From contig NZ_CP053627.1 of the NCBI RefSeq assembly GCF_013177435.1, positions 480,001 through 512,000 on the forward strand: DNA of 32,000 nt, read 5' to 3'. The notes beneath the pieces were generated by a model. The model saw only the letters and a program-made list of their open reading frames with translations, did not search any database and had not been told where the DNA came from. This document shows, piece after piece, positions 18,541-28,949 of this stretch; the stretch's first letter is position 1, and each line of letters opens with the position of its first letter. The position numbers were made by a program, and so were the translations under genes. This DNA comes from Xylella taiwanensis. GTDB lineage: Bacteria; Pseudomonadota; Gammaproteobacteria; Xanthomonadales; Xanthomonadaceae.

Positions 18541-19440
18541 TGTTCAAACGTTACGACAACGGTAAGCTAATTTCGCTGATCTGAGTGGGCGAGTCATACA
18601 CGACTTGGATTGGCCATTGTCACATGACAAGTGCTGTGTTCTTGTTAGAAGAGCTAAAAGCGGCTGGAAAATCTATTGAATGGCGATGTTGGGATGTCTA
18701 AGTGTACTGCCGCAATGCAAGCAGCTTGTGCATTGGGTACATACCAAGGTGCAGTGATGTGTCAATCGATCAGACATCGGTAGGGAGCATGGACGACAGA
18801 TGTGATTGATCTGGATGGGTTCCCGCAAGTGTCATCTCTTTCTTGTGCTCATGTATGGATAACTCCAAGTCAGTCAATACTTGGTTTGAATCCCTCAATG
18901 TGCACATGACGCATGTTCCATCCTTCCGGAGAAAGATCAGGATTTTTCTCCAGTAAAGCCAATTTGGATGTCAACTTGAAGCACAGCTTCATCACATGTG
19001 CTTCAGCTTCTCAAGTGTGGTCTTTTTTCAAAGCTATCCGCCGCTATGTGTGCCGTATGCAGTGACATCTCCACAGGGGTAGACGCTGCTTTGAGTATGG
19101 GTTGGTTGGTGATATAGCGTGATTCAAGTCCGATGAGTCTGACGCAGACGCAATCGCTGCTTTAAAGAACGTACTGTGCTGCGGTGAGATACAGGAGTAA
19201 CACGTACACTCATTAACTTACGTATTCCCGGAGAAATTCAAAAAAGAGCGAAACAGCCGCTTGCTGTATTCGTTATTGTGGCAAGGAATTGAACGATGAT
19301 CTGATAATGCCTAAAACGCAGTGTTTCACTGACGACGGCATGATGTTGGATGATCTCAACCACCATCAGCGAGTCGAATTTGAAGATCACACCGCACAAT
19401 ACACTTGTGATGCACACCACGCAGACGTTGATGGCTTCGG

Positions 19441-21402
19441 TCACGATTTTTTGTGAGAGGTGCTAATCGTTCCATGAGTACTGTGCGTTAATAGCGCAGG
19501 ATCCACTACCGGAAGTTCGATGAAGCTTGGTTGTTGCGGTGTGTGCCAGATGCGCTGGGTTGCTTTGACGTAATCACCGGGTTTGGTGAAGAAGATATTC
19601 GGCACGTAGCGCTGCGGGTTGCGGTCGTACAATGGAAACAGGGTGGATTGCACCTGCACCATGATCCGGTGTCCTGGCAGAAAGGTATGGTTCGCGTTGG
19701 GTAATCCGAAACGGTACAACAGCGGCTGATTCGCTGTAATTGGAGTTGGATACTGGAAGCTTTTGCGGTAGCGGCCACGGAAGATACCTAGTGACACCGC
19801 CAGTTCGTTACCTCCCATCTTTGGATCAGATGCCATTTCATCTGGATAGACATCGATCAGCTTCACTACCCAATCGCTATCTGTGCCACTCGTAGAGGCA
19901 TGCAGGTTGACTAGCGGTACGCCTGCGATGTGCAACGGTGCAGTCAGTGGTTCACTGAGGTAAGTCAACACGTCCGGGCGGTTGTCAACGAAGCGTTGGT
20001 CCTGCACCAGCCAAGTGGTCCACATCGCACGGTCTTTGAAGTTGATCGGACGTGGCATGAATGGTACCGGGTTGGCTGGATCAGATACGTATTCCTCATA
20101 ATCATTCTGCTTTTTCTGTGGTGCTTGGAATGACAGCATGCCGCCAGCGTTGAGGTATAGCGGCTTTGATGTGTTCTCACAGCCCTGCTCACAGCTGCGT
20201 GGCCAACGTTGCAGACGGTCCCAATGGTTCTCCCCAGTGTTGTAGATAAACACAGGCGGTGTGTCGGCCTTGGACGCACTATCAATCAAATACTGATCGA
20301 AGAATGGCTTGAGTACATCGCGACGGAATTGCAATGCGGTGTTACCGTCGAACTTGAGAGTGCCCAAGTTACTGCCGTCATAGTTGACCTGGCTATGGCG
20401 CCATGGACCCATGACTAAGTAGTTCTTGTCGTTGCGTACGTCACGCGGCTCCATCGCTGCATAACTATGGATTGCACCCCACATGTCTTCTTGATCCCAC
20501 AGGCCCTGCAACCACATCGTCGGGACCTTCAGCGGGGTACGTGCCATGATCTTATCCAGCGCTTGTTCTTGCCAGAAGGTGTCATACGTTGGATGCTCGA
20601 CGAGCTTGTGCCACCAGGGTAACTGTTCCAGACCTGCGGCCTTACCGTAGTTGCCCGCCGAGCCTGCCTGCAGAAAGTTGCTGTAGTCGTCGTAACCTTG
20701 GCGTGCGATTGATAAGCCCTTGCCGCGATTGGTCAACTGACTGAAAAAATAGTCAAAGTTGACTTGGCGGAAGGCACCGTAGTTGAACCAATCATCGCCC
20801 ATCCAGCCATCGATCATCGGGCTTTCCGGTGCAGCCACCTTCAGCGCCGGGTGTGGATCGATCAGGGCCATCACCACAGTGAACCCTTCATACGACGAAC
20901 CGATCATGCCGACTTTGCCATTGGACTCCTTAATGTGCTTCACCAACCAATCTATCGTGTCCCATGCATCGGTCGCATGATCGACATCGGTGATGTTGAG
21001 TAAACCACGCAATGGTCGGGTCATGATGTAGTCGCCTTCCGAGCCGTACTTACCGCGCACGTCTTGGAACACGCGGATATAGTCGCCGGTTGCGAACACG
21101 TCGTCCCCCTGCGGCAGGAGGTCTTTCATGTGTGGTGACAGCAGACGTTCGATACGGTCGTTGGCGTTGTATGGGGTTCGCGTGAGCAATATAGGTGCAT
21201 GCTGTGCTTTCTTGGGAACAACGATGACCGTGTGTAGCTTAATTCCGTCACGCATCGGGATCATCGCCTCACGCTTGATGTAATTGTTCATCTCGGTTGG
21301 CACGATGAATCGCCTACCGGTGATGTCAGGTGTCATTGGCGGAGTTTGGGCGATCGCGTTAATCGACAGGATGGAGGCGAGAGCGGCGGCGAAACGGCGC
21401 AT
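19441..21402 (-). CDS. Secreted S15 / CocE-NonD family serine hydrolase (X-Pro dipeptidyl-peptidase / alpha-amino acid ester hydrolase-like)
   Basis: 653-aa ORF with signal peptide MRRFAAALASILSINAIAQ and nucleophile motif GSSYEG (GxSYxG). The acidic residues GDDW and WDQEDMW lie where the Xanthomonas/Acetobacter alpha-amino acid ester hydrolases carry their carboxylate cluster (from memory). A C-terminal jelly-roll region is present. Confidence 0.93.
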   Translation of the reverse strand: MRRFAAALASILSINAIAQTPPMTPDITGRRFIVPTEMNNYIKREAMIPMRDGIKLHTVIVVPKKAQHAPILLTRTPYNANDRIERLLSPHMKDLLPQGDDVFATGDYIRVFQDVRGKYGSEGDYIMTRPLRGLLNITDVDHATDAWDTIDWLVKHIKESNGKVGMIGSSYEGFTVVMALIDPHPALKVAAPESPMIDGWMGDDWFNYGAFRQVNFDYFFSQLTNRGKGLSIARQGYDDYSNFLQAGSAGNYGKAAGLEQLPWWHKLVEHPTYDTFWQEQALDKIMARTPLKVPTMWLQGLWDQEDMWGAIHSYAAMEPRDVRNDKNYLVMGPWRHSQVNYDGSNLGTLKFDGNTALQFRRDVLKPFFDQYLIDSASKADTPPVFIYNTGENHWDRLQRWPRSCEQGCENTSKPLYLNAGGMLSFQAPQKKQNDYEEYVSDPANPVPFMPRPINFKDRAMWTTWLVQDQRFVDNRPDVLTYLSEPLTAPLHIAGVPLVNLHASTSGTDSDWVVKLIDVYPDEMASDPKMGGNELAVSLGIFRGRYRKSFQYPTPITANQPLLYRFGLPNANHTFLPGHRIMVQVQSTLFPLYDRNPQRYVPNIFFTKPGDYVKATQRIWHTPQQPSFIELPVVDPALLTHSTHGTISTSHKKS

Positions 21403-23261
21403 AAATATTCCTGAGCCGGTGATGGATATTGAAATGTAATACGTACATTAAACGTAGTCGATGGATGCTACAGCATTGATACTTCAAGGATTGGGAAGTG
21501 GTTTATCCGGCTTGGTGGGAATCGGTTCAAGAGGTATTCGTATCGTTATTAGATTCTGTGAAATAAATTGGGAATTTGATTGTTTCTGCTGTTCAGGAGA
21601 TATAGAGAAGATCGGGTCAAAAGAATACACATGAGTCTCGATAGTACGGTAGAAGATCACAGCGGTTTTGGTGATGTATCCACGACTGGTTTCAAAGACA
21701 GCAAAAATCTCGGATCGATGCAGTCAAAATATGTATTTGTTGTACTTTCACTGCTCCGCATGCTGGGGGTGCCATTGGAGTCTAACTGCCGCATTCAGAC
21801 AAGAAAACCGAATTGCTACGCATCATATGTGGTTGCTTGGATGCTTAATTGATAAAAAAATGCATTAAGGTGCTGCACTGGAGCAATCTAGCTCTATAGC
21901 AGCTTTGCGTACTGACGATGACTGCTGTGCTTGCCATCTTCTTATTTGGTTGTTGTGCCAAGCGTGTTCGGTGTATTCGGTGCTGAGAAACAACAGTGTT
22001 TCGAGATCAATGATGTGACCCGATTCATCAATTGCAGCCAAGCCTACATAGGTGCGGAAGATTGGTTGGAGGGAGTGAGGTATGCCGATGCCCTGTACCA
22101 TCAATAGCGTTGTACCCGGTAGACGTTGACAAAATCATGTTTTGACCATTTGCTGTTGAGCTGGTTTGGATTGTTGCTGAGCAGCATCGCACTTCCGATG
22201 ACGGCTGTGTCTTGAGAGTGACTGAGCAAGGGGTGATTGCATCTTGGGGTGCGGTGGTTGAGGTGGGATGCCGGCTCAACATCGACTTGCGGTGTGCATA
22301 TATCCTTGCTGCGGCACGCCCCCGGACTGTCCCAATACAGTGCCTATTTAAACATGTCCCTTGCTTATATAAAGTGTGAACCTGGCTACTTGGAACGCCC
22401 GTTGACTGAGCTGGAGGTATGTGTCGTCTACCAACCATATAGAGAGCATCCAACGAGCATGTCCACAATACCAATGAAGCATGCTGCGACACGCACTTGA
22501 ACATCATTATGGTGTAAAGCCCTGTGGCAGGTGCAAAGTAAAGTCGAGGCGATACCGACCCATGTGGTGCTGTGGGTGAGATGTTACCCGGGTGTGGTGG
22601 GGTGCCGGGTGTGCTGAAGAAGTATTGTTGGAGTGCGACCACATTGGATGAGTACACCGTTCCGGTACGTATGGGCCAACGCCATAGTCTGGTCATGTTC
22701 GATGGTGCCACCGAGATACGCTTGGTGTGTGGTGCTCGGTTTCTCATCTCTGCGAATCACGGCAGCGTGCGGTGCATGCACCACGATTAGAAACGGCGTT
22801 GTGGCAGGCAGTTGTGCAGAGACCTCGGTGTTGCATATCGTCAGCGTGGCGATCATCCACCGTTGAGTGTCCGTATGCAGGAAGTTGGGTCACCGTTGCT
22901 GGTGGATGATGGGTTGATATCTGGGAGCCGGTGTATTGACGCAGGCATACAGTGCCAAACGAGGATATGTGGATGGTGATGTTGCTTGGTCTGTGCGCTC
23001 GCAGTCTTGGAGAGTTTTTTGCCAGAGGATGCCATGTTCTGCGTTTCATCGGATTGTGTAGTAAGCACCGTATGCTTGATGGGCAGATTCGGGTGATGTG
23101 CTCACACTGCGAGTGTGAGTTGCAGATTAAACGCGGGTTGCATCATGTGCTTAGAAAGCAGATGGATTCTTCGATCATAGGTCTGGGCGTGGCACGCGCT
23201 TCTGTTGACATTCCCATGTGTTGACAGCGTTCTTGTTGTGGGAACTTGTCAGTGATGGGCG

Positions 23262-23666
23262 TTATGCTGCTGAATGATCAAGTATGGAAGTACGTTGCAG
23301 AGCGCACACAGTGCAAGGCATATGATTTGTCACTAACGGCCGTCGACCACCACGGGCTCTCCTCCAAGTCGTGTGATGGATGGTTCGCACACTTGGGATG
23401 TGGCTGCATTTACCGAAGGAATTGCGTTGATGGCGCACAATCGTCGGGTCGATCGAGGTATGTTGGACTTTCATCTGTTCTGCTATGACATGCCCGAGCA
23501 ACGGCCAGACACCGTTTCCTTGATATCGTGAGAGAGGCATGTATACCGTGGATGGTAAACAGTATTCCACTGGGATTTCAAAAACGGTCGGCTGCAAACA
23601 CTCAAGCCTTTCCAACCTGGTTTCAGTCTCAAGCTGATTTGATGGTAGGCGCTTCAGGAAAACCAT
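23262..23666 (-). pseudogene. Possible decayed GNAT acetyltransferase (toxin-like), preceded by a small ORF (23679-23888)
   Basis: The ORF contains VYMPLSRYQGNGVWPLLGHVIAEQ, which fits GNAT motif A (R/Q-x-x-G-x-G/A followed by LL). This is followed by NSFGKCSHIPS, resembling the FY-x-K-x-GF motif B. The N-terminus is short and the C-terminal tail is AC-rich nonsense, so the gene is probably not intact. Confidence 0.3.
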
Positions 23667-23945
23667 TAGGGTTGAGCCTCATGCAGGGCAAGCCGGGACA
23701 TCTCGTGTGCAAAGGAAAACGTGGTTAAGTGTGTGTTGAACCTTATCGAGTAATTTTCGTCGGGTTTCCATACGTGACGACACGCGTGCCAGCAGTGGTT
23801 TCATCTTCGCCTTGCTAGCTTGTCCGTTTGGAGGAAGCATGAAAATAAAAACACGATCTAGTGTGTTAGGTTCGCGTCGTGCCAGCAAAGATGTAGACCA
23901 TCATCATCGACAATGGCAGTTTGTGTTGTGCCGTTGCTGTAATCG

Positions 23946-26537
23946 TTATTGGCTTGCAGGTTTCGTTGCTTCCGGACTGATGCGCTCGATTGTGTGTCGT
24001 AGTTCGCGGCCAAGGATAAGCTGAGCGTCCTTAGCCGAGGTGTCTAGGCGTTCGTCGAATACCAGTTTGCTATATGTGTCTGGCCATACTAACTTCAATT
24101 CGCGAAGTTTCTGGATAAAGCCGCGAAACAGTCCTTTGTCAAAGAACTCCGGTGCGGTCGATGCATACAGCAGGCTTAAGCGTTGTGCAGCGAGTTGGCA
24201 TAGGCTCTCCAATTCGGATGCGCTGAGTGTGCCAGGGCCGTTTTTCACCAATATGGAAATGGTGATGTAGTAACGTTCGAATGCTTGTTGCAATGAATGG
24301 CTGATCGCACGCAGGCGGAACACCTCATCCGTCTGACTGGTGTTGCGTGTGAGCATGTCTTCCTCTTCGTCGCCGGCGGACAGCAGAAGGCCTTCGCGCA
24401 CAAATAATTCAATCACCTGCTGGATGTGTTTGGCAAACTGATCCTCGCTCCATGGCAGGAACAGTTCGGCTTGCAGGAATGGATACATGCCTAGCCCTAG
24501 ACGGATCAGAGCAATGCGGCTCATGCGTCGGTTGTTTTGAAAACAACACGCCACCCACGCGGAGGCAGTAAACAGATGCAACACGTTGTTGCGGAAGTAA
24601 CTCAGCAGGACGGCATTATCTCCCTCGACTCTTAATACATCACCAAGCGGGTGTGGGATGCGGGTGAGTATATTGATTTGCTCGGCGTGGGCAATGATAC
24701 GTTCAGGAGTGTGTGGGGTAACGGTCACTCGGTTTGAATAGGGCAATTCAAGGAGTAGCTTTTTGCACAGATCAATTTGCGCGATCAGGTCGGCTTCGCC
24801 CATTGCATGTTTAGGTGTGGATAACAGTGCAAGTGCCAATAAGTTGATTGGGTTTACGTCAGCGGCGCTGTTAATCCGAGTCTGGATTTGCTGAGCCAAG
24901 TGGTCTACGGTGCTCGACAACCAAGCTGGCTTTTCGTCTTCACCAAGTGGTTGACCTTCCCATGTTGGGGCTAGTTTGGCTAATACGTCGTTGAGTGCGA
25001 TGGGCTCGCCGAAATTCACCACCACTTGGCCATAGTTCTGTTTGAGTACCTTGGGAATATTCCACAATACCCCCCAGATTGATTCCTTTTTTTTGGCTTC
25101 GCCGGACAATTCATCCAGGTAGCTGGTGCCTTCCATCAGTTTCTCATAGCCGATATAGATCGGTTGGAACAGTACTGGCTTGCGTGGCTGGCGCAAGAAA
25201 GCTTGCAGTGTCATCATGATCATGCCGCTTTTGGGTTGCAGCAGGCGGCCAGTACGTGAGCGACCACCTTCGATAAAATATTCGAGCGAATAGCCACCGG
25301 CCACTAGCCGCGCTACGTATTCGCTGAGCACCACTGAATACAGCATGTTCCCCTTGATTGAGCGACGGATGAAGAATGCGCCGCCCTTGCGCAGCAGTGT
25401 GCCAACGATAGGCAGGTTGAGGTTGATGCCTGCCACGATGTGTGGCAACCCGATGCCGCATTTGTATAAACAGTACGACAGGAGTAGGTAGTCCATATGG
25501 CTACGGTGACTGGGTACATACACAACTTCGTGTCCTAGTGCGGTCTCTTTGAAGTTATCCACGTGGTGCATCAGCACACCGGCATAGATGCGGTTCCAGA
25601 CATGGCTGAACAGAAAATCGGCCGAACGTATTACAGGGCTGGAGTAATCGGCGGCGATTTCCCAGGCATAAGCCTGGGCCTTACGCCAGGTTTCCGACGG
25701 ACTGGTCCCGTCACGCTTGGCTTGGGCGGCGATTGCTTCACGCACTGCTTCAGTTGCCAGGACCTTGTCCACCAGTAAGCGACGGGTTGACAGATCTGGA
25801 CCGATCACCGCTTCCCGAATACGGCGGAAGTGGGTGCGCAGCACACGCTGCAGCTTGCGCAGAGTACGTTCAGGCGGCAAACCTTCGTTCAGTGTTTGAC
25901 GTACTGAGATTGGCGAAGCGAAGCGCACAATGGTGGTGCGTCCATTGAGCAACACGGCTAGCAGGCGGCGGAAGCGGCCAACAAGGGCCCAATTTTCCGA
26001 GAACAGCACTGCGAACCAGCCACTCTGTCGATCTGGTGCACGTCCAACGAAGATCGATACTGGCACCAGATGCATATCTAGGTCGTCACGTACACGGTGT
26101 GCTTGTAGTAGGTTGGCTAGCGAGTCGGAGTGTGTCTTGCCACCACGCTGGTTTGGGATCAGCGAGTTGTTGGAACTTCGTCGCGACAGTGCTAGGTAAG
26201 CACGCTTGCGCTGCAGTGGATTGCCTGGCAGTGGTATCAGCGGCGATGGTAACTTGGTTGCGCGACAGGCTTTGTCCAGGATCAGTGTATTGCACAGGCT
26301 ATAGTCTTCCAGTACGTATACGACCGGGCATCCATCGTTATATTGACTAGGCTGTTCTGGCTCGATAGATAGACCCAGCCAAGGATCAAGCATATGGCCA
26401 AGCAGGCGCGCCCACAGTGGGCGGCGCATCAGGCGCTCAGACGCTGGCCATGGCAGTTCGGATGAGCCTGGCTTGCCGACGCTGGACTGACTAGGTGTGG
26501 TTCCTTTCGAGAGGGGCGGTGAGTTCTTTTTGGGCAT
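23946..26537 (-). CDS. plsB: Glycerol-3-phosphate 1-O-acyltransferase
   Basis: 863-aa ORF with acyltransferase motif I HRSHMDYLLL (H-x4-D), motif III FIEGGRSRTGRLL, and the length and architecture of PlsB. Confidence 0.95.
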   Translation of the reverse strand: MPKKNSPPLSKGTTPSQSSVGKPGSSELPWPASERLMRRPLWARLLGHMLDPWLGLSIEPEQPSQYNDGCPVVYVLEDYSLCNTLILDKACRATKLPSPLIPLPGNPLQRKRAYLALSRRSSNNSLIPNQRGGKTHSDSLANLLQAHRVRDDLDMHLVPVSIFVGRAPDRQSGWFAVLFSENWALVGRFRRLLAVLLNGRTTIVRFASPISVRQTLNEGLPPERTLRKLQRVLRTHFRRIREAVIGPDLSTRRLLVDKVLATEAVREAIAAQAKRDGTSPSETWRKAQAYAWEIAADYSSPVIRSADFLFSHVWNRIYAGVLMHHVDNFKETALGHEVVYVPSHRSHMDYLLLSYCLYKCGIGLPHIVAGINLNLPIVGTLLRKGGAFFIRRSIKGNMLYSVVLSEYVARLVAGGYSLEYFIEGGRSRTGRLLQPKSGMIMMTLQAFLRQPRKPVLFQPIYIGYEKLMEGTSYLDELSGEAKKKESIWGVLWNIPKVLKQNYGQVVVNFGEPIALNDVLAKLAPTWEGQPLGEDEKPAWLSSTVDHLAQQIQTRINSAADVNPINLLALALLSTPKHAMGEADLIAQIDLCKKLLLELPYSNRVTVTPHTPERIIAHAEQINILTRIPHPLGDVLRVEGDNAVLLSYFRNNVLHLFTASAWVACCFQNNRRMSRIALIRLGLGMYPFLQAELFLPWSEDQFAKHIQQVIELFVREGLLLSAGDEEEDMLTRNTSQTDEVFRLRAISHSLQQAFERYYITISILVKNGPGTLSASELESLCQLAAQRLSLLYASTAPEFFDKGLFRGFIQKLRELKLVWPDTYSKLVFDERLDTSAKDAQLILGRELRHTIERISPEATKPASQ

Positions 26538-26628
26538 CCTCGATATTATCCCTTAGCCGGTATAGGCGGGTCTTTTCATGGTGATAGATGCGGCCACCGC
26601 CATTCACTATGTGTGGTGGGTATCTGAG

Positions 26629-27285
26629 TCAGGCTGCTGCACATCCTTCAGCAATCGCAGTATCAGCGGCTGTTGCGATGCAGCGCTCATGTTGAAACAT
26701 CGTTGCTAGTGCCCACACAGGGGGACGAAACCATAGCATGTAGCGGATAAGAGTGTTGCCGATTTCCCAGTTGAGGAGGATATCTTGCTGGAGCTTGTGT
26801 ACATTTTCATTCATGCTTCAAATGCATAGGCAAGTGAGGTGAACACAAAATCGCTGCACGACACCCTGGGGGCGTTGGATTAAATCGTCCGTACACAGGT
26901 GTCGAGCTCCTAATCTGATGTTGACATATAGTGGTTTTGGGATAGAGGTGGCCGAACAGTTTCTCTTGCACACTAGATATATTGAAATGATCCTGAGGTA
27001 ACGATCAACTGCAACGGTTTGCTTGAAGCATTCACCCCAAGATGCAGTGTGGTATTCAAGTCACTTTGGGAATGTCTAGCTCCCCGAGTGGCTGTTTGGG
27101 GGTCCCTGCTCGTATGCTGGTGAGCACCCGTGATCGTCGAATCGATTTGGATGCATGGGACTTGCATTATCTTCGTCACCACCGTTTAGCTGCCATTGTT
27201 GAGAAATACAATGCATGTACAACGTATTCCAGTGCCCCGACCCTATCAGCAAGCGGTACAAAGCGCGGTCTGTGCGTGGCATGAT
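26629..27285 (-). mobile_element. IS5-family (IS427/IS402-like group) transposase relic, frameshifted and decayed
   Basis: Three minus-strand fragments lie in different frames and follow the order of an IS5-family transposase, by comparison with typical sequences as I recall them. The first is DRALYRLLIGSGHWNTLYMHCISQQWQLNGG; compare DRRVLNGILWVLRTG..W..LP..GPWQTVY.RF.RW...G. The second is IQIDSTITGAHQHTS...RGARHSQSDLNTTLHLGVNASSKPLQLIVTSG; compare IDSTxVRAHQHAAGA...GRSRGGLTTKIHLAVDALGNPLRFILTGG. The third is HKLQQDILLNWEIGNTLIRYML; compare YKQRNxIERxFxxLKxFRRIATRYDK. No terminal inverted repeats were identified. Confidence 0.65.
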
Positions 27286-28949
27286 CGCTAAGGCTTTAGA
27301 GAGTGCAGCCCTAGTTGGTTACTGTTGGATCTTAGCCGCTTACCGTCTCAAGTAATTTAATATAGCCTTTGCGCTGCTTTTATACTTCACTTCTATTACT
27401 CAGCAGCGTAACGCCACATTCTGATGCTTTCACGTAAAAAAACAGTATGCCAATGCCAGGAAATGTCAATAGAACCCAGCAATGTGCTACTGCGACAAGA
27501 AGATGTGACTGGGGTACACAGATTGTGCATGTGGTTCTCTAATGTTGTCCCGTATTATCTTCTAATAGCAGAAGTCGATTTCGGCATGGTTGCTCTAAAC
27601 CCTTATCTGTTATCTCCATTATCGCTAGGCGTTATGTAAATCCTTGAATATCTTGCTTGGGCTAATCTCATTGATGCATTCTGGTTCTGATCAGCGCGAG
27701 GATTAAGTAAGTGTCGTGATACTCGTTGATTTGCCCTGCGCAGTGTCGGAGTTCGGTTATATCGCGATGGGTTCATCATGGTAGATATCCACAGCTCTAA
27801 CAGCGTGTTACCCGATGTTTGTATCTTTGGGCATTCTGGAGTCAGGAGAATGAGTCTGAGCGATACGGGTGGTATGACGATGATCGGTAAAGTGGCGTGC
27901 ATGGCCAACCTTTCGGTTGTTATTGCCTCGCACTACGATAGATCGTTGCTGCCATAGGATTAAGGGGATACGTGAAGGGGACAGGTCGCTGTTATGTATA
28001 TGCTGAATTATTCTGTATCCCCATTATCAAGTGCAGTGTGACTATCCCAAGTTTTGAAACGATCGGTGCTCTGTTGTCTGATATGTATGACAGGTTTTTT
28101 GTTTGATTTGGGCCGTGAAATTGACAATGTGGAGCACAGCGACGACCTGTATCTTCCAGTGCATATCTTGATGTGCAGTACATTCGGCTTGATGGGGTGC
28201 CCGGTTATGTTGGTGCTTAACGGCTGAGCTTGCTGGACTTGGCTTAGCTGGTGGGTAAGGTCATCCTGGTTTATTGGCCTAATCTGGTCATGCTATTTCA
28301 CTATTATCTGAGTCACTATCCTGTGTTAGATATCAATACCGACTATGGTGCGTGAATGATGACTTGATATTTTTTCAACAGTTGTGATTGCAGCATCATT
28401 TTTATCGGCCGATTATTGTGGATAACATTGGGTAAATCCATGTGCTGTTGCGTTGATGCATTGGTTGAGTGCTGCCCTCCGCAAGAACGTTTGGCTGCGG
28501 TAAGGAGGTTCGATAGGATTGCGGTGGCCATGTTGGACAGTAACTGGGCAGGATACGATGGTGCTTGGATGCCGTGTTCGATGTAATAAGGTGCGGTCTT
28601 CTTAGGTGGCTAAGCATGTTCGGTCACGGTGTTTCTCAGGGATCAGGCGACATCGTCCGGGTAGCCTTGAATAAGTGCTGATCACAAATGATGTCAAAGT
28701 GGTGCTAACTACGATGTGTGTGCGCTTGTTTGGGCCTTGAGGTGCGTGTGATTCGTGTTTACCTGGAACAACTGTCAGATACGTCTGTCTCGATTTCCAC
28801 TCTGCTTATGTTCCTACCAATTATCTTGGAACTCGTCATCCGTGCTTCACGCCTCGCGTGCAGATATTCTGTTGATGGAAACGTTGCTTCCGAACCCCAA
28901 CCGATCCGTTCCTTGCTTGCAATACTCGTTACCCTTGGAGAGAGTCAAG

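Noticed and set aside
22028-22747. 239-aa minus-strand ORF, and many similar H/T/P/Q/S-rich minus-strand ORFs in spacers (for example 8017-8358, 7821-8084, 2139-2459, 6161-6385).
   Set aside because: The + strand is G+T-rich here, so the minus strand is A+C-rich and depleted in stop codons. The translations are low-complexity and have no recognisable motifs, signals or RBS. They are compositional artefacts.
27970-28010. GCTGTTATGTATATGCTGAATTAT, considered as a dif (XerCD) site because of the central TGTATA.
   Set aside because: Both flanking arms match the E. coli dif consensus at only about half of the positions.
28200-28949. The long leader upstream of the TonB-dependent receptor, inspected for a riboswitch (B12 box, TPP) or a Fur box.
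   Set aside because: No B12-box-like GCCACTG context is present and there are no conserved riboswitch cores. The best Fur-like stretch (GATTATTGTGGATAACATT, about 28411-28429) matches the consensus poorly and lies more than 500 bp from the start.
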